Shown: positions 42,319 through 54,950, counted from the stretch's first letter. The stretch: 64,000 nucleotides of DNA from Candidatus Competibacteraceae bacterium (GCA_036351435.1 JAZBPA010000065.1:1186-65185); one strand, 5' to 3'. Made by a program: numbers and translations. Notes: a model not told the origin generated them from the letters alone.

Positions 42319-44241
42319 ATGAGCATATTCAGCCGTTACCAATCGCGCTATGAAAAGGCCCGTGAAGAGGTTTATACCATCCAAGAATATTTAGAGATCT
42401 GTAAAAACGATCCCAGTGCTTATGCAACGTCTGCCGAGCGCCTGCTAATGGCAATCGGCGAACCTGAGTTAGTTGATACCCGTCTGGATCCCCGTTTAAG
42501 TCGAATTTTTTCCAACAAAGTGGTCAAAAAATACCCGGCTTTCGAGGAGTTTTATGGCATGGAAGAAGCCATTGAACAAATCGTTTCTTACTTGAAACAC
42601 GCCGCCCAAGGTTTGGAAGAGAAGAAACAGATCCTGTATTTGTTGGGCCCGGTGGGTGGCGGTAAATCATCACTGGCTGAGCGCCTCAAAGCGCTGATGG
42701 AAAAAGTACCTTTCTATGCTATTCAGGATTCGCCGGTGTTCGAATCTCCGCTAAGTCTGTTCTCTCCTGAGGAAGATGGCCCCATTCTGGAAGAAGATTA
42801 CGGTATTCCGCGTCGCTATCTGAAAAACATCATGTCGCCCTGGGCAGTAAAACGCTTGCATGAATTCAACGGCGACATCACCCAATTCAAGGTTGTTAAA
42901 CACTACCCGTCTATTTTGAATTTAATTGCCATCGCGAAAACCGAGCCGGGCGATGAAAACAACCAAGATATTTCCGCATTAGTGGGCAAGGTGGATATCC
43001 GACAGTTAGAGCACTACGCTCAGAACGACCCCGATGCTTATAGCTATTCGGGCGCCCTATGTCGTGCTAATCGGGGCATGATGGAATTTGTGGAGATGTT
43101 TAAAGCGCCTATCAAAGTCTTGCATCCCCTACTGACTGCAACGCAGGAAGGCAATTACAACGGTACCGAAGGCTTATCAGGCTTACCTTTTGACGGCATC
43201 ATTCTGGCGCACTCCAATGAATCGGAATGGCAAACCTTCAAGAACAACAAAAACAACGAGGCGTTCATTGACCGCGTTTATATCGTTAAGGTGCCCTACT
43301 GCTTGCGCGTTTCGGAAGAGGTGCGGATCTATGAAAAATTACTTTGGGAAAGCTCTCTAAATGATGCCCCTTGCGCACCCGGCACCTTGGAAATGCTGGC
43401 ACAGTTCACTATTCTGTCGCGCCTGAAGGAACCCGACAACTCCAGTATTTTCTCCAAGATGCGCGTGTATGACGGAGAGAACCTCAAAGACACCGATCCC
43501 AAAGCCAAATCTATGCAGGAATACCGTGACTACGCCGGCGTAGACGAAGGCATGGCCGGCATTTCAACTCGGTTTGCCTTCAAAATTCTGTCCCAGGTCT
43601 TCAACTTCGATAATAGCGAAGTGGCTGCTAATCCGGTGCATCTGCTCTACATCCTAGAGCGACAAATAGAGCGCGAACAGTTCCCGCCGGAAATAGAGGA
43701 AAAACATCTGGGTTTCCTCAAGGGTTATCTTGCCCCGCGGTATGCTGAATTTATCGGCAAGGAGTTGCAAACGGCTTATCTGGAATCTTATGCCGAATAC
43801 GGTCAGAATATCTTTGATCGCTATGTCACGTATGCGGACTATTGGATTCAAGATCAAGAGTTTCGCGACCCGGATACCGGCGAGATCTTCGACCGTGCTT
43901 CACTGAACACTGAGTTGGAGAAAATCGAGAAACCGGCAGGTATCAGCAATCCAAAGGATTTTCGCAACGAAATCGTCAACTTCGTGTTGCGGGCACGGGC
44001 CAATAACAACGGCCGGAACCCGAACTGGACCAGCTACGAGAAGTTACGCACCGTTATTGAGAAGAAAATGTTCTCCAATACGGAAGAGTTGCTGCCGGTG
44101 ATCTCGTTCAACACCAAAGCCTCTACTGAGGATCAGAAGAAGCATGAAGAGTTCGTCAACCGCATGGTGACTAAAGGGTACACGCCAAAGCAAGTGCGCC
44201 TGTTGTCAGAATGGTATCTGCGAGTACGTAAAGCTTCCTGA
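42319..44241 (+). CDS. yeaG: PrkA-family serine protein kinase (YeaG)
   Basis: 640 aa. The Walker A is [17 protein letters not shown]. The overall blocks are collinear with E. coli YeaG/B. subtilis PrkA. Confidence 0.92.
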   Translation: MSIFSRYQSRYEKAREEVYTIQEYLEICKNDPSAYATSAERLLMAIGEPELVDTRLDPRLSRIFSNKVVKKYPAFEEFYGMEEAIEQIVSYLKHAAQGLEEKKQILYLLGPVGGGKSSLAERLKALMEKVPFYAIQDSPVFESPLSLFSPEEDGPILEEDYGIPRRYLKNIMSPWAVKRLHEFNGDITQFKVVKHYPSILNLIAIAKTEPGDENNQDISALVGKVDIRQLEHYAQNDPDAYSYSGALCRANRGMMEFVEMFKAPIKVLHPLLTATQEGNYNGTEGLSGLPFDGIILAHSNESEWQTFKNNKNNEAFIDRVYIVKVPYCLRVSEEVRIYEKLLWESSLNDAPCAPGTLEMLAQFTILSRLKEPDNSSIFSKMRVYDGENLKDTDPKAKSMQEYRDYAGVDEGMAGISTRFAFKILSQVFNFDNSEVAANPVHLLYILERQIEREQFPPEIEEKHLGFLKGYLAPRYAEFIGKELQTAYLESYAEYGQNIFDRYVTYADYWIQDQEFRDPDTGEIFDRASLNTELEKIEKPAGISNPKDFRNEIVNFVLRARANNNGRNPNWTSYEKLRTVIEKKMFSNTEELLPVISFNTKASTEDQKKHEEFVNRMVTKGYTPKQVRLLSEWYLRVRKAS

Positions 44242-44252
44242 GGGTATTCGGC

Positions 44253-45521
44253 ATGCCAACCGTTATTGACAGACGTCTGGACGGAAAAAACAAGAGCGCC
44301 GTCAATCGGCAGCGTTTCATTCGCCGCTTCAAGCATCAGCTCAAAAGAGCGGTAAATGACGCGATGAACGGCCGCTCTATCACCGATATGAATAGCGGTG
44401 AGAAAGTCAGCATTCCGACTCGCGATATTTCCGAACCGGTTTTTCACCATGGTCCGGGAGGACGCCGTGAAATCGTTCATCCCGGCAACAAGGAGTTCGT
44501 AACCGGTGACCGTGTCCCCCGGCCACGAGGGGGCCGCGGTGGCGGCGGTGGTAGCGGCCAGGCGAGCAATAGCGGTGCAGGCGAAGATGAGTTCGTGTTC
44601 CAGCTGTCCCGGGAAGAATTCCTGGAATTGTTTTTCGAGGATCTGGAACTGCCTAACTTAGTCAAAACTCAGTTGGCCAAAGCGCAAGAATTCAAACCGA
44701 TACGCGCCGGGTTTTCCACAGCCGGCATTCCACCTAATATTCATATCGTGCGTTCGTTGAAAAGCGCCCTGGCACGCCGTATAGCACTCTCGGCTCCTCA
44801 TAGCGGACGGTTAAAAGAGAAAGAACACGAATTGGAGTTGCTGCTGGCAGATACGGAAGAATCCGATCCTCGCGTGCTGGCCTTACGCGAAGAAATCAGC
44901 CGGTTGAAAACGCGCATTCGCGCTATTCCGTTTATCGATACTTTCGATTTACGTTACGCCAATCGAGTTTTGCAACCTCAACCTACCACCCAGGCAGTGA
45001 TGTTTTGCCTGATGGATGTCTCCGGTTCCATGGACAAAACCCGTAAGGATTTGGCCAAACGTTTCTTTACCCTGTTGTACCTATTTCTGAAGCGCAACTA
45101 TGAGCGTATCGATGTCGTTTTCATCCGTCATCACACAGTAGCCAAAGAGGTTGACGAAGAAGAGTTTTTCTATTCCCGGGAAACGGGCGGCACCGTGGTT
45201 TCCAGTGCGTTGATTCTGATGCGTGAAATTATTCGCGAACGCTACCCGGTCGCCAGTTGGAACATCTACGCAGCGCAAGCGTCGGATGGTGACAACTGGC
45301 ATCATGACTCGCCGAGTTGCCGCGACCTATTGCTGACTCACATTATCCCGCTGGTGCGCTATTTCGCCTATATTGAAATCACCCCGGATCGGCATCAAAG
45401 CCTCTGGGAAGTCTACGAGGAAGTGAAAAATACTTATCCCCAGTTCGCCATGCGACAAATCGACGGTCCCTCGGATATTTACCCGGTTTTCCGAGACTTA
45501 TTCAAGAGGCGTGTAGCATGA
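44253..45521 (+). CDS. yeaH: YeaH/YhbH family protein (DUF444, vWA-like)
   Basis: It has a Gly-rich [14 protein letters not shown] tract, the MIDAS-like LMDVSGSM, and the conserved position after prkA. Confidence 0.9.
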   Translation: MPTVIDRRLDGKNKSAVNRQRFIRRFKHQLKRAVNDAMNGRSITDMNSGEKVSIPTRDISEPVFHHGPGGRREIVHPGNKEFVTGDRVPRPRGGRGGGGGSGQASNSGAGEDEFVFQLSREEFLELFFEDLELPNLVKTQLAKAQEFKPIRAGFSTAGIPPNIHIVRSLKSALARRIALSAPHSGRLKEKEHELELLLADTEESDPRVLALREEISRLKTRIRAIPFIDTFDLRYANRVLQPQPTTQAVMFCLMDVSGSMDKTRKDLAKRFFTLLYLFLKRNYERIDVVFIRHHTVAKEVDEEEFFYSRETGGTVVSSALILMREIIRERYPVASWNIYAAQASDGDNWHHDSPSCRDLLLTHIIPLVRYFAYIEITPDRHQSLWEVYEEVKNTYPQFAMRQIDGPSDIYPVFRDLFKRRVA

Positions 45522-47017
45522 CTCATCGCGTGATCTCTGATTCTTCGGAATGGACCTTCCCTTTGCTGGAACGTTACGACCGGGAAATCGGGCGTATTGC
45601 CGCAGATTTCGGACTTGATACTTACCCCAATCAGATTGAGATCATCACCGCCGAGCAGATGATGGACGCTTATTCGTCGGTTGGCATGCCGATCGGCTAT
45701 CACCATTGGTCTTATGGCAAGCAATTCTTGCAAGTCGAACAGGATTACAAACGAGGTCAGATGGGCCTCGCTTATGAAATCGTCATTAATTCCGATCCCT
45801 GCATTGCTTATCTGATGGAAGAAAACACCATGGCCATGCAGGCTTTGGTCATCGCCCATGCCAATTACGGTCACAATTCACTGTTTAAGGGCAATTACCT
45901 GTTCCGCACCTGGACTAGCGCCGATGCCATTATTGATTATTTGGTTTTTGCCAGAAACTACATCGCTGAATGCGAAGAACGGTATGGTGCGGAAGAAGTT
46001 GAACTGCTACTGGATTCTTGTCATACGCTAATGAACTACGGCGTGGACCGTTATAAACGCCCCTCTCCGCTATCTATTGAGGAGGAAAAACGGCGCCAGC
46101 ATGAACGGGAGGAGTATCTGCAATTCCAGATCAACGACCTGTGGCGCACCATTCCTTCGAAGGAGAACCTAGCTGGCGCTGCGCAATACAGCCAGCGGTT
46201 TCCTGAGGAGCCTCAGGAGAATTTACTGTATTTTATTGAGAAAAATGCGCCTTTGTTGGAGCCCTGGCAACGCGAAGTGGTGCGTATTGTCCGTAAGATT
46301 GCGCAGTATTTCTATCCCCAACGTCAGACTCAAGTCATGAATGAAGGCTGGGCCACGTTCTGGCACTACACCTTGCTTAATGCGCTATACGATCAAGGGT
46401 TCGTCACCGACGGCTTCATGATCGAATTTCTTCAGTCTCACACCAGTGTGGTTTATCAACCCACGTTCGATAGCCCGTACTATTCAGGCATGAATCCTTA
46501 TGCATTGGGTTTCGCGATGATGAGCGACATCCGGCGTATCTGCGAACAACCGACGGCTGAAGATCGCTATTGGTTCCCGGATATCGCCGGCGGAGATTGG
46601 TTGAAAGTGATGGATTTTGCGATGCGGAATTTTAAGGATGAAAGTTTTGTTGCCCAATTCTTATCGCCCAAAATCATTCGTGATTTCAAACTATTCACAG
46701 TATTAGACGATGATACCGACGAAAAACTAGAGATTGCCGCTATCCACGACGATACCGGTTATCGTTATGTTCGCCAAGCGCTGGCTGATCAATATAATCT
46801 GGGCAGCCGGGAACCAAATATTCAGATATACAATGTCGATCACCGTGGTGATCGTTCGCTGACATTATTACATACTCGGTATAACCGTAAACCGCTTAGC
46901 GATAACACCTATGAGGTGTTAAAACATTTACATCGGCTATGGGGTTTTACAGTGCGCTTGGAAGCCATCGACGACCATGGTATGCATGAATTGATTGCGG
47001 AATGCCCGGAGCGCTAA
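45518..47017 (+). CDS. ycgB: SpoVR-family protein (YcgB)
   Basis: 499 aa. It has the [11 protein letters not shown]-type block and [10 protein letters not shown]. Its start overlaps the yeaH stop (ATGA). Confidence 0.9.
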   Translation: MTHRVISDSSEWTFPLLERYDREIGRIAADFGLDTYPNQIEIITAEQMMDAYSSVGMPIGYHHWSYGKQFLQVEQDYKRGQMGLAYEIVINSDPCIAYLMEENTMAMQALVIAHANYGHNSLFKGNYLFRTWTSADAIIDYLVFARNYIAECEERYGAEEVELLLDSCHTLMNYGVDRYKRPSPLSIEEEKRRQHEREEYLQFQINDLWRTIPSKENLAGAAQYSQRFPEEPQENLLYFIEKNAPLLEPWQREVVRIVRKIAQYFYPQRQTQVMNEGWATFWHYTLLNALYDQGFVTDGFMIEFLQSHTSVVYQPTFDSPYYSGMNPYALGFAMMSDIRRICEQPTAEDRYWFPDIAGGDWLKVMDFAMRNFKDESFVAQFLSPKIIRDFKLFTVLDDDTDEKLEIAAIHDDTGYRYVRQALADQYNLGSREPNIQIYNVDHRGDRSLTLLHTRYNRKPLSDNTYEVLKHLHRLWGFTVRLEAIDDHGMHELIAECPER

Positions 47018-47028
47018 CTGCTAAACTC

Positions 47029-47502
47029 TCAGCTATGCTGAATCAACGGCACCAAGGTCGTTCCGATGGCAGGCAGATCGGGAACAATTGTCAACTTTCG
47101 ATTAATGACCGCCCAGCCCAGCACTCCCTTATTGGGTTCATCCTTTTCGAGCATTTCAAGCGGTGTCTCACCGGTTGTGATTTGGGAACGGTCTAGATTG
47201 AGCAGGCGGGGCGCATCAGTACCCAATAGCCCCAGATAAGGCAATGCTTGATGGCCACTCAGCGCATTCACCATGACAATTCGGGAATGTGCTTCCATAT
47301 CCGGGTCAGCGCCATAAATCAAACCCCCGAGATCCACCAACGGCACATTGAACGCGCGCCATAACATGGCACCTACAACCCAGCCCGGGGCCGCGTCAAT
47401 TGTTAGTGGATTTGCGAAGGGCAACACTTCAATCATAGAACTACCGGGTAATATCCCCTGTCCGCCCCGAAAGGAAATCAGAAAGCTACGTAATGACTGC
47501 AT
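47029..47502 (-). CDS. CheW-domain protein (ChpC-like)
   Basis: 157 aa. It is the last gene of the chp operon, with a CheW-like beta-rich sequence. The assignment rests partly on position. Confidence 0.65.
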   Translation of the reverse strand: MQSLRSFLISFRGGQGILPGSSMIEVLPFANPLTIDAAPGWVVGAMLWRAFNVPLVDLGGLIYGADPDMEAHSRIVMVNALSGHQALPYLGLLGTDAPRLLNLDRSQITTGETPLEMLEKDEPNKGVLGWAVINRKLTIVPDLPAIGTTLVPLIQHS

Positions 47503-47544
47503 AGTATCTCACTCGGTATAGTTCCTCATCCTCAACATGGCAGC

Positions 47545-50500
47545 TTAACTGATTGCCAGATCCGAAACTGACCAGTCACTACCTTGTTTATCCAATATGC
47601 GCCGAATGGATTGAATCATCTGCTCTTCCTGGTACGGTTTGGTCAGATAATCATTGACGCCCAGCTTAGCGGCACGAGCGCGATGCTTTTCTCCACCACG
47701 CGAAGTCACCATAATAATTGGGATATGGTGTAAATGAGCCTGATTCCGAATGTGTGCAGCCACCTCAAAACCATCCATACGAGGCATTTCAATATCCAGG
47801 ATCACAAGGTCTGGAACTTGCTCTTCCAGTTTCGCCAACGCATCGACCCCATCTTTGGCAGTCGCGACACTCAAATTGTGGCGTTCCAGAAAACGGGCCG
47901 TCACCTTGCGCATGGTAATGGAATCGTCAATGACTAACACTTTAATGAGTTCCCGCCGAGTTGCTTCCTGACGCGCCATGCTTAGGGCGCGTGCTTCTTC
48001 CTGTTTATGGGATTGGCTGGCTAGATTGCGCACTAAAGCGGCTAATTCCAACACCACCACAACACGCCCGTCACCCAACACGGTGGCACCGGATATCCCA
48101 TTCAGAGTCTGAAACTGTGGTCCAACCGGTTTAACGATTACTTCCTGATTACCCAGCACCGCATCGACCTGTAGAGCAGCACTGGCCTCGGCACTACGGA
48201 ACATGAGTACCGGCGGACGTTTATCTTCGGCTTTGTCGAACGAAGTTGCTGCACTCTCCACACCGAACAGAATACCGAGGCTGTGTACCGGATAATCATG
48301 GCCGCGATGCTCATATTCTGCCGGCCGGCCTTCTAAGTAGTCTTTATACTGGGCTTCCCCTAACCGGGCCACAGAATTGATACTAAGCAACGGAATCGCG
48401 TAGATGTCATCACCAGCCCTAATTAACAGCGCTTGGGTTATCGCCAGCGAGAACGGCAACCGAATCATAAAGTTGGTGCCTTGCCCAGGTTGGGATTGGA
48501 TCAGCAACGCACCACGCATTTCCTTGATTGCGTTATTTAAGACGTCCATGCCGACCCCACGGCCGGAAATCTGCGTGACCTGGGTAGCGGTCGAAAAACC
48601 AGGTCGCAGTAACAAAGCGATGAGTTCATCTTCGCTCGCAGGTTGCCCCGGCTTTAATAGGCCTTGGGCCTCACCCTTGGCACGAATTCTTTCATAATCC
48701 AAACCAGCGCCATCGTCTTGAAGGTCCAAAACCAACTCTGCACCTTCTCGACGGATGGACAACACGATGTTGCCGATTTCAGATTTACCTTTTGCGACCC
48801 GTTGCTGCGGTTCTTCGATCCCATGGGAAATGGAATTGCGCAACATGTGTTCCAGGGGCGCTACCATGTTATCTAACACAGCACGGTCTATTTCAGCTTC
48901 CGACCCTTCGAAAACTAACTCCGCTTTTTTGCCCAATTCTTGGGCGACTTGTCGAACTACCCGGCGTAATCGAGGAGCAGCGCTGTTAAACCGCACCATC
49001 CGGGTCCGCATCAAACCCTGCTGCACCTCTTTATTGACCTTAGCCTGCTGGTCCAGTAAAAACCCCATCTCCTGGGTTTGATCATCCAAGGCGGTTTGAA
49101 TGTTGGCTAGATCATCAACGATTTCAATGAGCGAGCGCGAAAGCTGCTGTAACTCGGAAAATCGATCAAGCTCCAACGGATCGAAATCCTCTTGCGATCC
49201 TTTTCCTTCTTCGTAACGGAATAAAATTTGCGCTTCGGTTTCGATCTCCAATCGGCGAAGTTGTTGCCGTAATCGGTGTACGGTCTGTTCCAACTCAGAG
49301 AGATTAAACCGTAGGGTACTAACCCCTTGATCTACCCGGGCTCGGTAAATACTGCTTTCGCCCATTTCGTTGACCAGATCGTTCAACAAGGCGGCACTGA
49401 CCCGAATCGTATCCTCACTGGTCGGCGTTTCAAGCTTTTCAATCGACTGAAGTTGCGGTGTGGGTGCTGCAGCAACCGGTTTGGCAGCTTCACGCGGCTT
49501 CTCGCCAAGCAAGCCACGCAACTCGGCTAGCAACTCGTCTGCTGGGAACAGCTCAGCGCCACTTCGAACCCGGCCCAACATATCATGGAGTTTATCCAAC
49601 GCCAGTTGTAAGGCATTGACGATATCCGGCGTAGGCTGCAGGTTGCGCTTGCCAATGGCATCCAACAAGGATTCCATGGCATGAGCAAGATCGCCTATAA
49701 CCATAAAGCCGGTCATACGCGAACTGCCCTTAAGGGTATGCATCTCCCGACGCAAGTCGTTCAACAACTCCAAGTCAGATAAATTGGCTCCCCAGCGTTG
49801 AAGCGTAACCTCGCTACTGTCGAGGAGTTCAGCAGCCTCATACTGAAATGCCGCAACCAACTCCTGATCCAATTCTGTTAGTTCGCCTCGAACCGCCTTA
49901 GAGGTATCTGCATTAGCGACAGCCTCGCCAGGTTCAGGAACAGCGTTTAGCTCTTGCTCCATCTCTACGGTGTCCTGCGCGGTCCTTTCTTCTTCCTCAG
50001 TGGTTTCTTCAAACATTGCCAAAGGTTTGCCGGTAATTGGCATTGCGCCAACCAGCTGTTTAAGCTCTGTAATTAAGTCGTCCGCCGCCGCTGGCTGCGC
50101 ACCCTGACGAGCCGCTGCGACCATGTTATTGAGTCGATCTAAGGACTGCTGTATGACGTTAGTCATGGCAGCTCTGCTCTTGGGTTCGACGTCTGACGAC
50201 AATACATTCAGCACAGACTCTATTGAATGAGCTAAATCACCGATCGCCATAAAACCGGTCATCCGAGAACTGCCCTTGAGGGTATGCATCTCTCGGCGAA
50301 AATCAGTTAACAGGTCATTGTTGTCCTGCTCCAAGCGCCAGCGTTCCAAGATTGTGTCGCTCGCATCAAGAATCTCAGCGGCTTCATAAAGAAAAATCTC
50401 GACTAATTCAGGATCTGTTCCGGTAACCGCATCACTGGCGTCAGCGGGCACCGGTTCGGCGGTTGCTAATGGTTCAGGCGTGGATGAAACAGGTGAGGTA

Positions 50501-52806
50501 AGATCGGCGGTTGTTAATGGTGCGGACTCAGCAGGCGGATGCTGTTCAAGAGCGTGCAGGAGTTCAACAGGATCGCCGCGCAGCAGGGCCTCGGCACGTT
50601 GCGTCAGTGCGTCCAGAGACGCCGTTCTTTCGCTTGGGTTGGCCGTGCCATTGACCAGCGGGATTAAAGCCGCTTGTGCAGCATCAACTGCTTCCACAAT
50701 CACCGACGATGGAGCTAGGGTACTGTCTAAAATCCGATTCAACAACTGCTCATACTGCCAAGCAAACTCGCCAATCGCAACCAAACCCACCATACGACCA
50801 CTCCCTTTAAGGGTATGGAACGAGCGTCGGATCGTGCTCAATGCCTCTTGATCTTGTAAATTTTCTCGCCATGCAGGCAATTGCTCGCGAATACTCTCCA
50901 GTTCCCCTTGCGCTTCCTCAAGAAACACTTCAAGAAATTCAGGGTCTATGTCATCCACCTTTGGCACGGCAGCACTGGGAGCCGGAGGGGGCGCTTCCTG
51001 TAAGGAGGTCGTAGTGGTGGTGTTCGTCGGTTCCATCAGCTGTTGCGATTGTGGGGCTGCAGAAGTGATGAATGCTTCAAGTTGGCCTGCCAACTCATTT
51101 TCTTCAGCAATCGTTATATCAAGCGGAATAGCGCTAAGGCCTTCCAGGAGGGTTATTTGTCGTTCGGCATAATCCAGTATCCCTTCATCAGGTTGTGCTC
51201 CCCCATCAGTCAGGCGGAGATAATATTCCAACGTAGCCACAAACTCGCTGAAAGCATCCATAACCAAAGATTTCTCTTCGACTTTTTCAGATGCTAAAGC
51301 TCGGACGACGCGCTGCAGGCGGCTCAGTAAAACAACGGCCCGCTCATGGCCAAGCAATTGCAATAATGCATGGACCTCATGCAAGCCCGCCAATGCCAAG
51401 CGCCACGCCTCCATTTCGTCGGAACTGTCTAGGCTGGTACCGGCCAGTTCCCGAGCCCGTCTTAGTTGATTCACTAGTTCCCGAACGATCAGTTTCAAAT
51501 TCCATTGATACTGATGTCGTTCTAATACTGCTTTTATTCCATCTCCTGACGCCGGTGTAGCTAATTGCTGACCGTAAGCAAATTCGTTCACGCCGTTCAG
51601 ACTGTCTTCGACCAACACCAGTGAATCGGCAAACTGAGCGATACGCTCAGCCTTGCTATTGGGATCTGTTTCAGTAGACCACTGTTGCAAGACTTCTCCC
51701 TGGCGATCAAGTAAAGCGGCCGGTGCATCCATGTTTAATAACATCAGTACATTGGCTATCCCATGCAACGAGAATCGTTGTTCCTCAACGTCACCACCGT
51801 CCGCTGTGCCCTCACTCACCATCCCGGAGACACGGTCTTTGACTATCGCTAATGCTTCTTTCAATAAATCAGCGATCTGAAGCAGCGTCTCTACATCAGG
51901 CAGGCCTGCCGCTTTGAGCATACTCCGGGAAGCCGCTGTCAAATCTGTGTGGGGAGGATTATAGTTAGTGCGTTCCTTTAAACGCACTAGGCCGCCTTCG
52001 CAGTTGGTCAGTTGATCAATAAACCGCTGGCTGAAGGCCCGAGCGGCATCAGCATCATCAAATAAATCACCCGTTTCGATCAGATGCTTGATCCGGACAT
52101 CAATATCACGCAGCAGCAAATTGATGTTCTGGTCTAATGGTATACCGCCTTTGGAAACTTCTAACAGTAGGCTTTCCGCTAACCATAAAAACCGATACGA
52201 ACGTTCTTCACTAGTCGCTTCTTTCAGTTGCGAGAATAGGGTGATAATTTGTTCTAGATTCTCAGCCTGCTCCTTGTCCCTCAGCAAACTGAGTAAGGCA
52301 TTTTGCAGGAGTGGGCGAACCTGCGTCGCTAGTTCTGGCAAATCGGTCGCTGTCGCAGGTGCGGTTGGTTTAGCTCCGTAAGCAGGAAAATTTAATTCAG
52401 CCTTGTCTAGCGGGTTCGATCCTCGAATTGATCGAATGTGATTAATGAGGGGCAGCAAATCGAAGCCTTGCTGCCAGCTATCGCGCTGAAGCCACTCCAA
52501 ATATTGGGTAATCTTGAGCACAGCTTGTAGCAAGGCATCACTACCGAGATTCCAAGCGATCTGCCCACCGGCCAAGCCGTGAACCAACCCAGCCATTTCT
52601 TGAGCAAGCGTCGCCGCTTCTACCTTATCCAAGCGGGTGAACGCTTGCCGAATGCGTTCGATACTCCCCTCCAGAGCCTTGAGCGCTGCCTTGTCAGATG
52701 GGTTTTCTAAATGAGCCTCCAACTCAGCCTGCAACCGCCTGACCAGCAATTCCAACTCATCCTTAAGCAATTGTTTAGCATCGTCCGCTTTATGGCTGCT
52801 GCTCAT
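47545..52806 (-). CDS. chpA: hybrid CheA-type histidine kinase with multiple Hpt domains and C-terminal receiver (ChpA/PilL)
   Basis: 1753 aa with at least 3 Hpt motifs (FHTLKGSGRMVG, and MHTLKGSSRMTGF twice). It has an HATPase region (GRGVGMDV), a CheW-like domain and a receiver domain (VLVIDDSITMRK...DIEMPRMDG). Confidence 0.9.
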   Translation of the reverse strand: MSSSHKADDAKQLLKDELELLVRRLQAELEAHLENPSDKAALKALEGSIERIRQAFTRLDKVEAATLAQEMAGLVHGLAGGQIAWNLGSDALLQAVLKITQYLEWLQRDSWQQGFDLLPLINHIRSIRGSNPLDKAELNFPAYGAKPTAPATATDLPELATQVRPLLQNALLSLLRDKEQAENLEQIITLFSQLKEATSEERSYRFLWLAESLLLEVSKGGIPLDQNINLLLRDIDVRIKHLIETGDLFDDADAARAFSQRFIDQLTNCEGGLVRLKERTNYNPPHTDLTAASRSMLKAAGLPDVETLLQIADLLKEALAIVKDRVSGMVSEGTADGGDVEEQRFSLHGIANVLMLLNMDAPAALLDRQGEVLQQWSTETDPNSKAERIAQFADSLVLVEDSLNGVNEFAYGQQLATPASGDGIKAVLERHQYQWNLKLIVRELVNQLRRARELAGTSLDSSDEMEAWRLALAGLHEVHALLQLLGHERAVVLLSRLQRVVRALASEKVEEKSLVMDAFSEFVATLEYYLRLTDGGAQPDEGILDYAERQITLLEGLSAIPLDITIAEENELAGQLEAFITSAAPQSQQLMEPTNTTTTTSLQEAPPPAPSAAVPKVDDIDPEFLEVFLEEAQGELESIREQLPAWRENLQDQEALSTIRRSFHTLKGSGRMVGLVAIGEFAWQYEQLLNRILDSTLAPSSVIVEAVDAAQAALIPLVNGTANPSERTASLDALTQRAEALLRGDPVELLHALEQHPPAESAPLTTADLTSPVSSTPEPLATAEPVPADASDAVTGTDPELVEIFLYEAAEILDASDTILERWRLEQDNNDLLTDFRREMHTLKGSSRMTGFMAIGDLAHSIESVLNVLSSDVEPKSRAAMTNVIQQSLDRLNNMVAAARQGAQPAAADDLITELKQLVGAMPITGKPLAMFEETTEEEERTAQDTVEMEQELNAVPEPGEAVANADTSKAVRGELTELDQELVAAFQYEAAELLDSSEVTLQRWGANLSDLELLNDLRREMHTLKGSSRMTGFMVIGDLAHAMESLLDAIGKRNLQPTPDIVNALQLALDKLHDMLGRVRSGAELFPADELLAELRGLLGEKPREAAKPVAAAPTPQLQSIEKLETPTSEDTIRVSAALLNDLVNEMGESSIYRARVDQGVSTLRFNLSELEQTVHRLRQQLRRLEIETEAQILFRYEEGKGSQEDFDPLELDRFSELQQLSRSLIEIVDDLANIQTALDDQTQEMGFLLDQQAKVNKEVQQGLMRTRMVRFNSAAPRLRRVVRQVAQELGKKAELVFEGSEAEIDRAVLDNMVAPLEHMLRNSISHGIEEPQQRVAKGKSEIGNIVLSIRREGAELVLDLQDDGAGLDYERIRAKGEAQGLLKPGQPASEDELIALLLRPGFSTATQVTQISGRGVGMDVLNNAIKEMRGALLIQSQPGQGTNFMIRLPFSLAITQALLIRAGDDIYAIPLLSINSVARLGEAQYKDYLEGRPAEYEHRGHDYPVHSLGILFGVESAATSFDKAEDKRPPVLMFRSAEASAALQVDAVLGNQEVIVKPVGPQFQTLNGISGATVLGDGRVVVVLELAALVRNLASQSHKQEEARALSMARQEATRRELIKVLVIDDSITMRKVTARFLERHNLSVATAKDGVDALAKLEEQVPDLVILDIEMPRMDGFEVAAHIRNQAHLHHIPIIMVTSRGGEKHRARAAKLGVNDYLTKPYQEEQMIQSIRRILDKQGSDWSVSDLAIS

Positions 52807-52865
52807 GTCGTTTCTCCGAGAAACCGGCCAACGCGCTGCAGGTAAAATAACAACTCAACGCTTAA

Positions 52866-54950
52866 TCATTCATTAGTCGCCATGACTTGTTCCGGCAAGC
52901 GGAATCCAGCCACCGACTGTTGTAGCTCTTGAGCTAATTGATTGAGCTTACCGATGGAAGACGCGGTAGCGACACTGCTTTCAGAAGTCTGTGCTGTGAT
53001 TTCATTAATCGAGGTCATGGCGGTGGAAACCCGAGAGGTCATCTCAGTGACTTGCCCCGCGGCCTTGGATACGTCATTGATCAATGCAGCAAGCTTGGCC
53101 GATACAGTTTCAATCTCTTCCAGCGCCTCACCGGCTTTTTCAGCAAGATCAGCGCCATTGACCACCTCGGTGGTGCTCTTCTCCATAGAGATAATGGCTT
53201 CGTTGGTATCAGCTTGAATGGTTTTAACCAAGGTCTCAATGCGCTTGGTCGCATTGCCGGAGCGTTCCGCTAAACGCTGCACTTCGTCTGCGACCACCCC
53301 AAAACCACGACCCGCTTCGCCGGCTGATGACGCCTGAATTGCTGCATTGAGCGCTAAAATATTGGTTTGATCAGAAATATCGTTAATTAAGGCAACAATA
53401 TCACCGATTTCTTGGGAACTCTCGCCTAAGCGTTTAATGCGCTTAGATGTCTCCTGAATATGTTCGCGAATCACATCCATACCCTGAATAGTGCGGCGTA
53501 CACGCTCACCACCTTCATGGGCAATTGCTACTGACTTGTCAGCTTCATCCGCCGATGCTGCCGTCTTCCCTGAGACCTCATTCATTGAGTGCGCCATTTG
53601 GGTCATTGTGGAACTGGCGGACTCAATTTGCCTCGCCTGCACCTCGCTGGCTCGAGCTAAGCGATCAGCCACTGAACGCGTCTCCTGGGCCGCCGAAGCC
53701 ATTAATTCAGATGTATAGTTAATGGTGGAAACCAAGTCCCGCAAAGCTTCAATTGCATAGTTGACCGAATCAGCAATCGCGCCGGTAATATCCTCAGTTA
53801 CCGTTGCCTGCACGGTTAGATCACCCTCAGCCAAATCGCCCAGTTCATCCAACAAACGTAAGATGGCCTCTTGGTTGCGTCGATTTTGCTCTTCGGTATC
53901 CCTTTTGCGCAGCTCGCTTTCCCACAAGCGTAACCGAGTATCTCGGTTAGTCTGCAGGACAGACAAAGCTAATAGAATCAGCGCTAGCACCCCGATCCCC
54001 AAAACCAAGCGACTATTGACCGGCAACCCCATAATACTGGGCCCACCGCTCATCGTTCCGTATTGCTCCTGCAGCGTACCAATGGCTCCTAGCAATGCGC
54101 CGCCTTGATCAGCAATCGCCTGAGCGGCACTTTGTGCCTGAAATAATTCAGGCGCCTCAGCCAGAATCTGATCGGCTGCTACTTTGACCGACTGAAAATC
54201 ATCACTTAACTCCGCAACCTTAGCGACCGCCGGCCCTCCAGTAATGCGCTGGATTCCAAGTCGGGAATCCCCCGCCGACATGCCTTGTAAAACTCGGTCA
54301 AACAATTTGATGTCGCGATCAAAATTATCCAACGCAGCAGCAGTATTCGCACCACCTTCCAGCAAAGTGTTAAAGTAGCTATTGATGCGTTGCGCCAACC
54401 AGGGTTGTCTAGTCACCCGATACACTTGACCAACTGAAGCACCGCTTTCGGCCAGGATTTTAGCAATCTCGTCCGAGGTGTTCTCCAATTGCGGCATCAC
54501 CCCCTCCAGTAGCGGTACAAAATTCCTGATTGAAAGCACTGCATCGCGACTTTCCAGCACGGTGTTCAAACCAGCCTGTACAGGTTGCCACTGCCTGTCA
54601 ACTTCTTCGAATTCAGGGGATAACGCTGTCGGTAATGCTGACAAACCGGTATCAGCATCTCCCTCCTTTTGGGTGAGTAGTATGTCGTCGAAGCGACTGC
54701 GGGCTCTTTCAAGTGAAGCAAAAGCCGACTCATTGCCATTGGCCGCTTCGCGCGCCTGTAGTACCAATTCACGGGACAACAACCCTTGTTCAGAAATTAG
54801 CTGCCCGTGAACCTGATAATCGACGTCATATTGACCGATCCAAAAGGAAAAAAGGCCCATCACGATAATCGACATCACCAGACAGGCGATGAGTATGATG
54901 TATTTCAGCGAACCACCCTGGGTCGAGGATTCACTTGGGGATTCATGCAT
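52866..54950 (-). CDS. pilJ: methyl-accepting chemotaxis protein PilJ
   Basis: 694 aa with an N-terminal TM, a large periplasmic domain, HAMP, and the highly conserved MCP signalling hairpin ([46 protein letters not shown]). Confidence 0.85.
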   Translation of the reverse strand: MHESPSESSTQGGSLKYIILIACLVMSIIVMGLFSFWIGQYDVDYQVHGQLISEQGLLSRELVLQAREAANGNESAFASLERARSRFDDILLTQKEGDADTGLSALPTALSPEFEEVDRQWQPVQAGLNTVLESRDAVLSIRNFVPLLEGVMPQLENTSDEIAKILAESGASVGQVYRVTRQPWLAQRINSYFNTLLEGGANTAAALDNFDRDIKLFDRVLQGMSAGDSRLGIQRITGGPAVAKVAELSDDFQSVKVAADQILAEAPELFQAQSAAQAIADQGGALLGAIGTLQEQYGTMSGGPSIMGLPVNSRLVLGIGVLALILLALSVLQTNRDTRLRLWESELRKRDTEEQNRRNQEAILRLLDELGDLAEGDLTVQATVTEDITGAIADSVNYAIEALRDLVSTINYTSELMASAAQETRSVADRLARASEVQARQIESASSTMTQMAHSMNEVSGKTAASADEADKSVAIAHEGGERVRRTIQGMDVIREHIQETSKRIKRLGESSQEIGDIVALINDISDQTNILALNAAIQASSAGEAGRGFGVVADEVQRLAERSGNATKRIETLVKTIQADTNEAIISMEKSTTEVVNGADLAEKAGEALEEIETVSAKLAALINDVSKAAGQVTEMTSRVSTAMTSINEITAQTSESSVATASSIGKLNQLAQELQQSVAGFRLPEQVMATNE

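Noticed and set aside
47718-54810. Numerous plus-strand ORFs of 60-125 aa lie opposite chpA and pilJ.
   Set aside because: These are shadow ORFs of long minus-strand genes. Their Ser/Ala/Arg-rich translations have no motifs.
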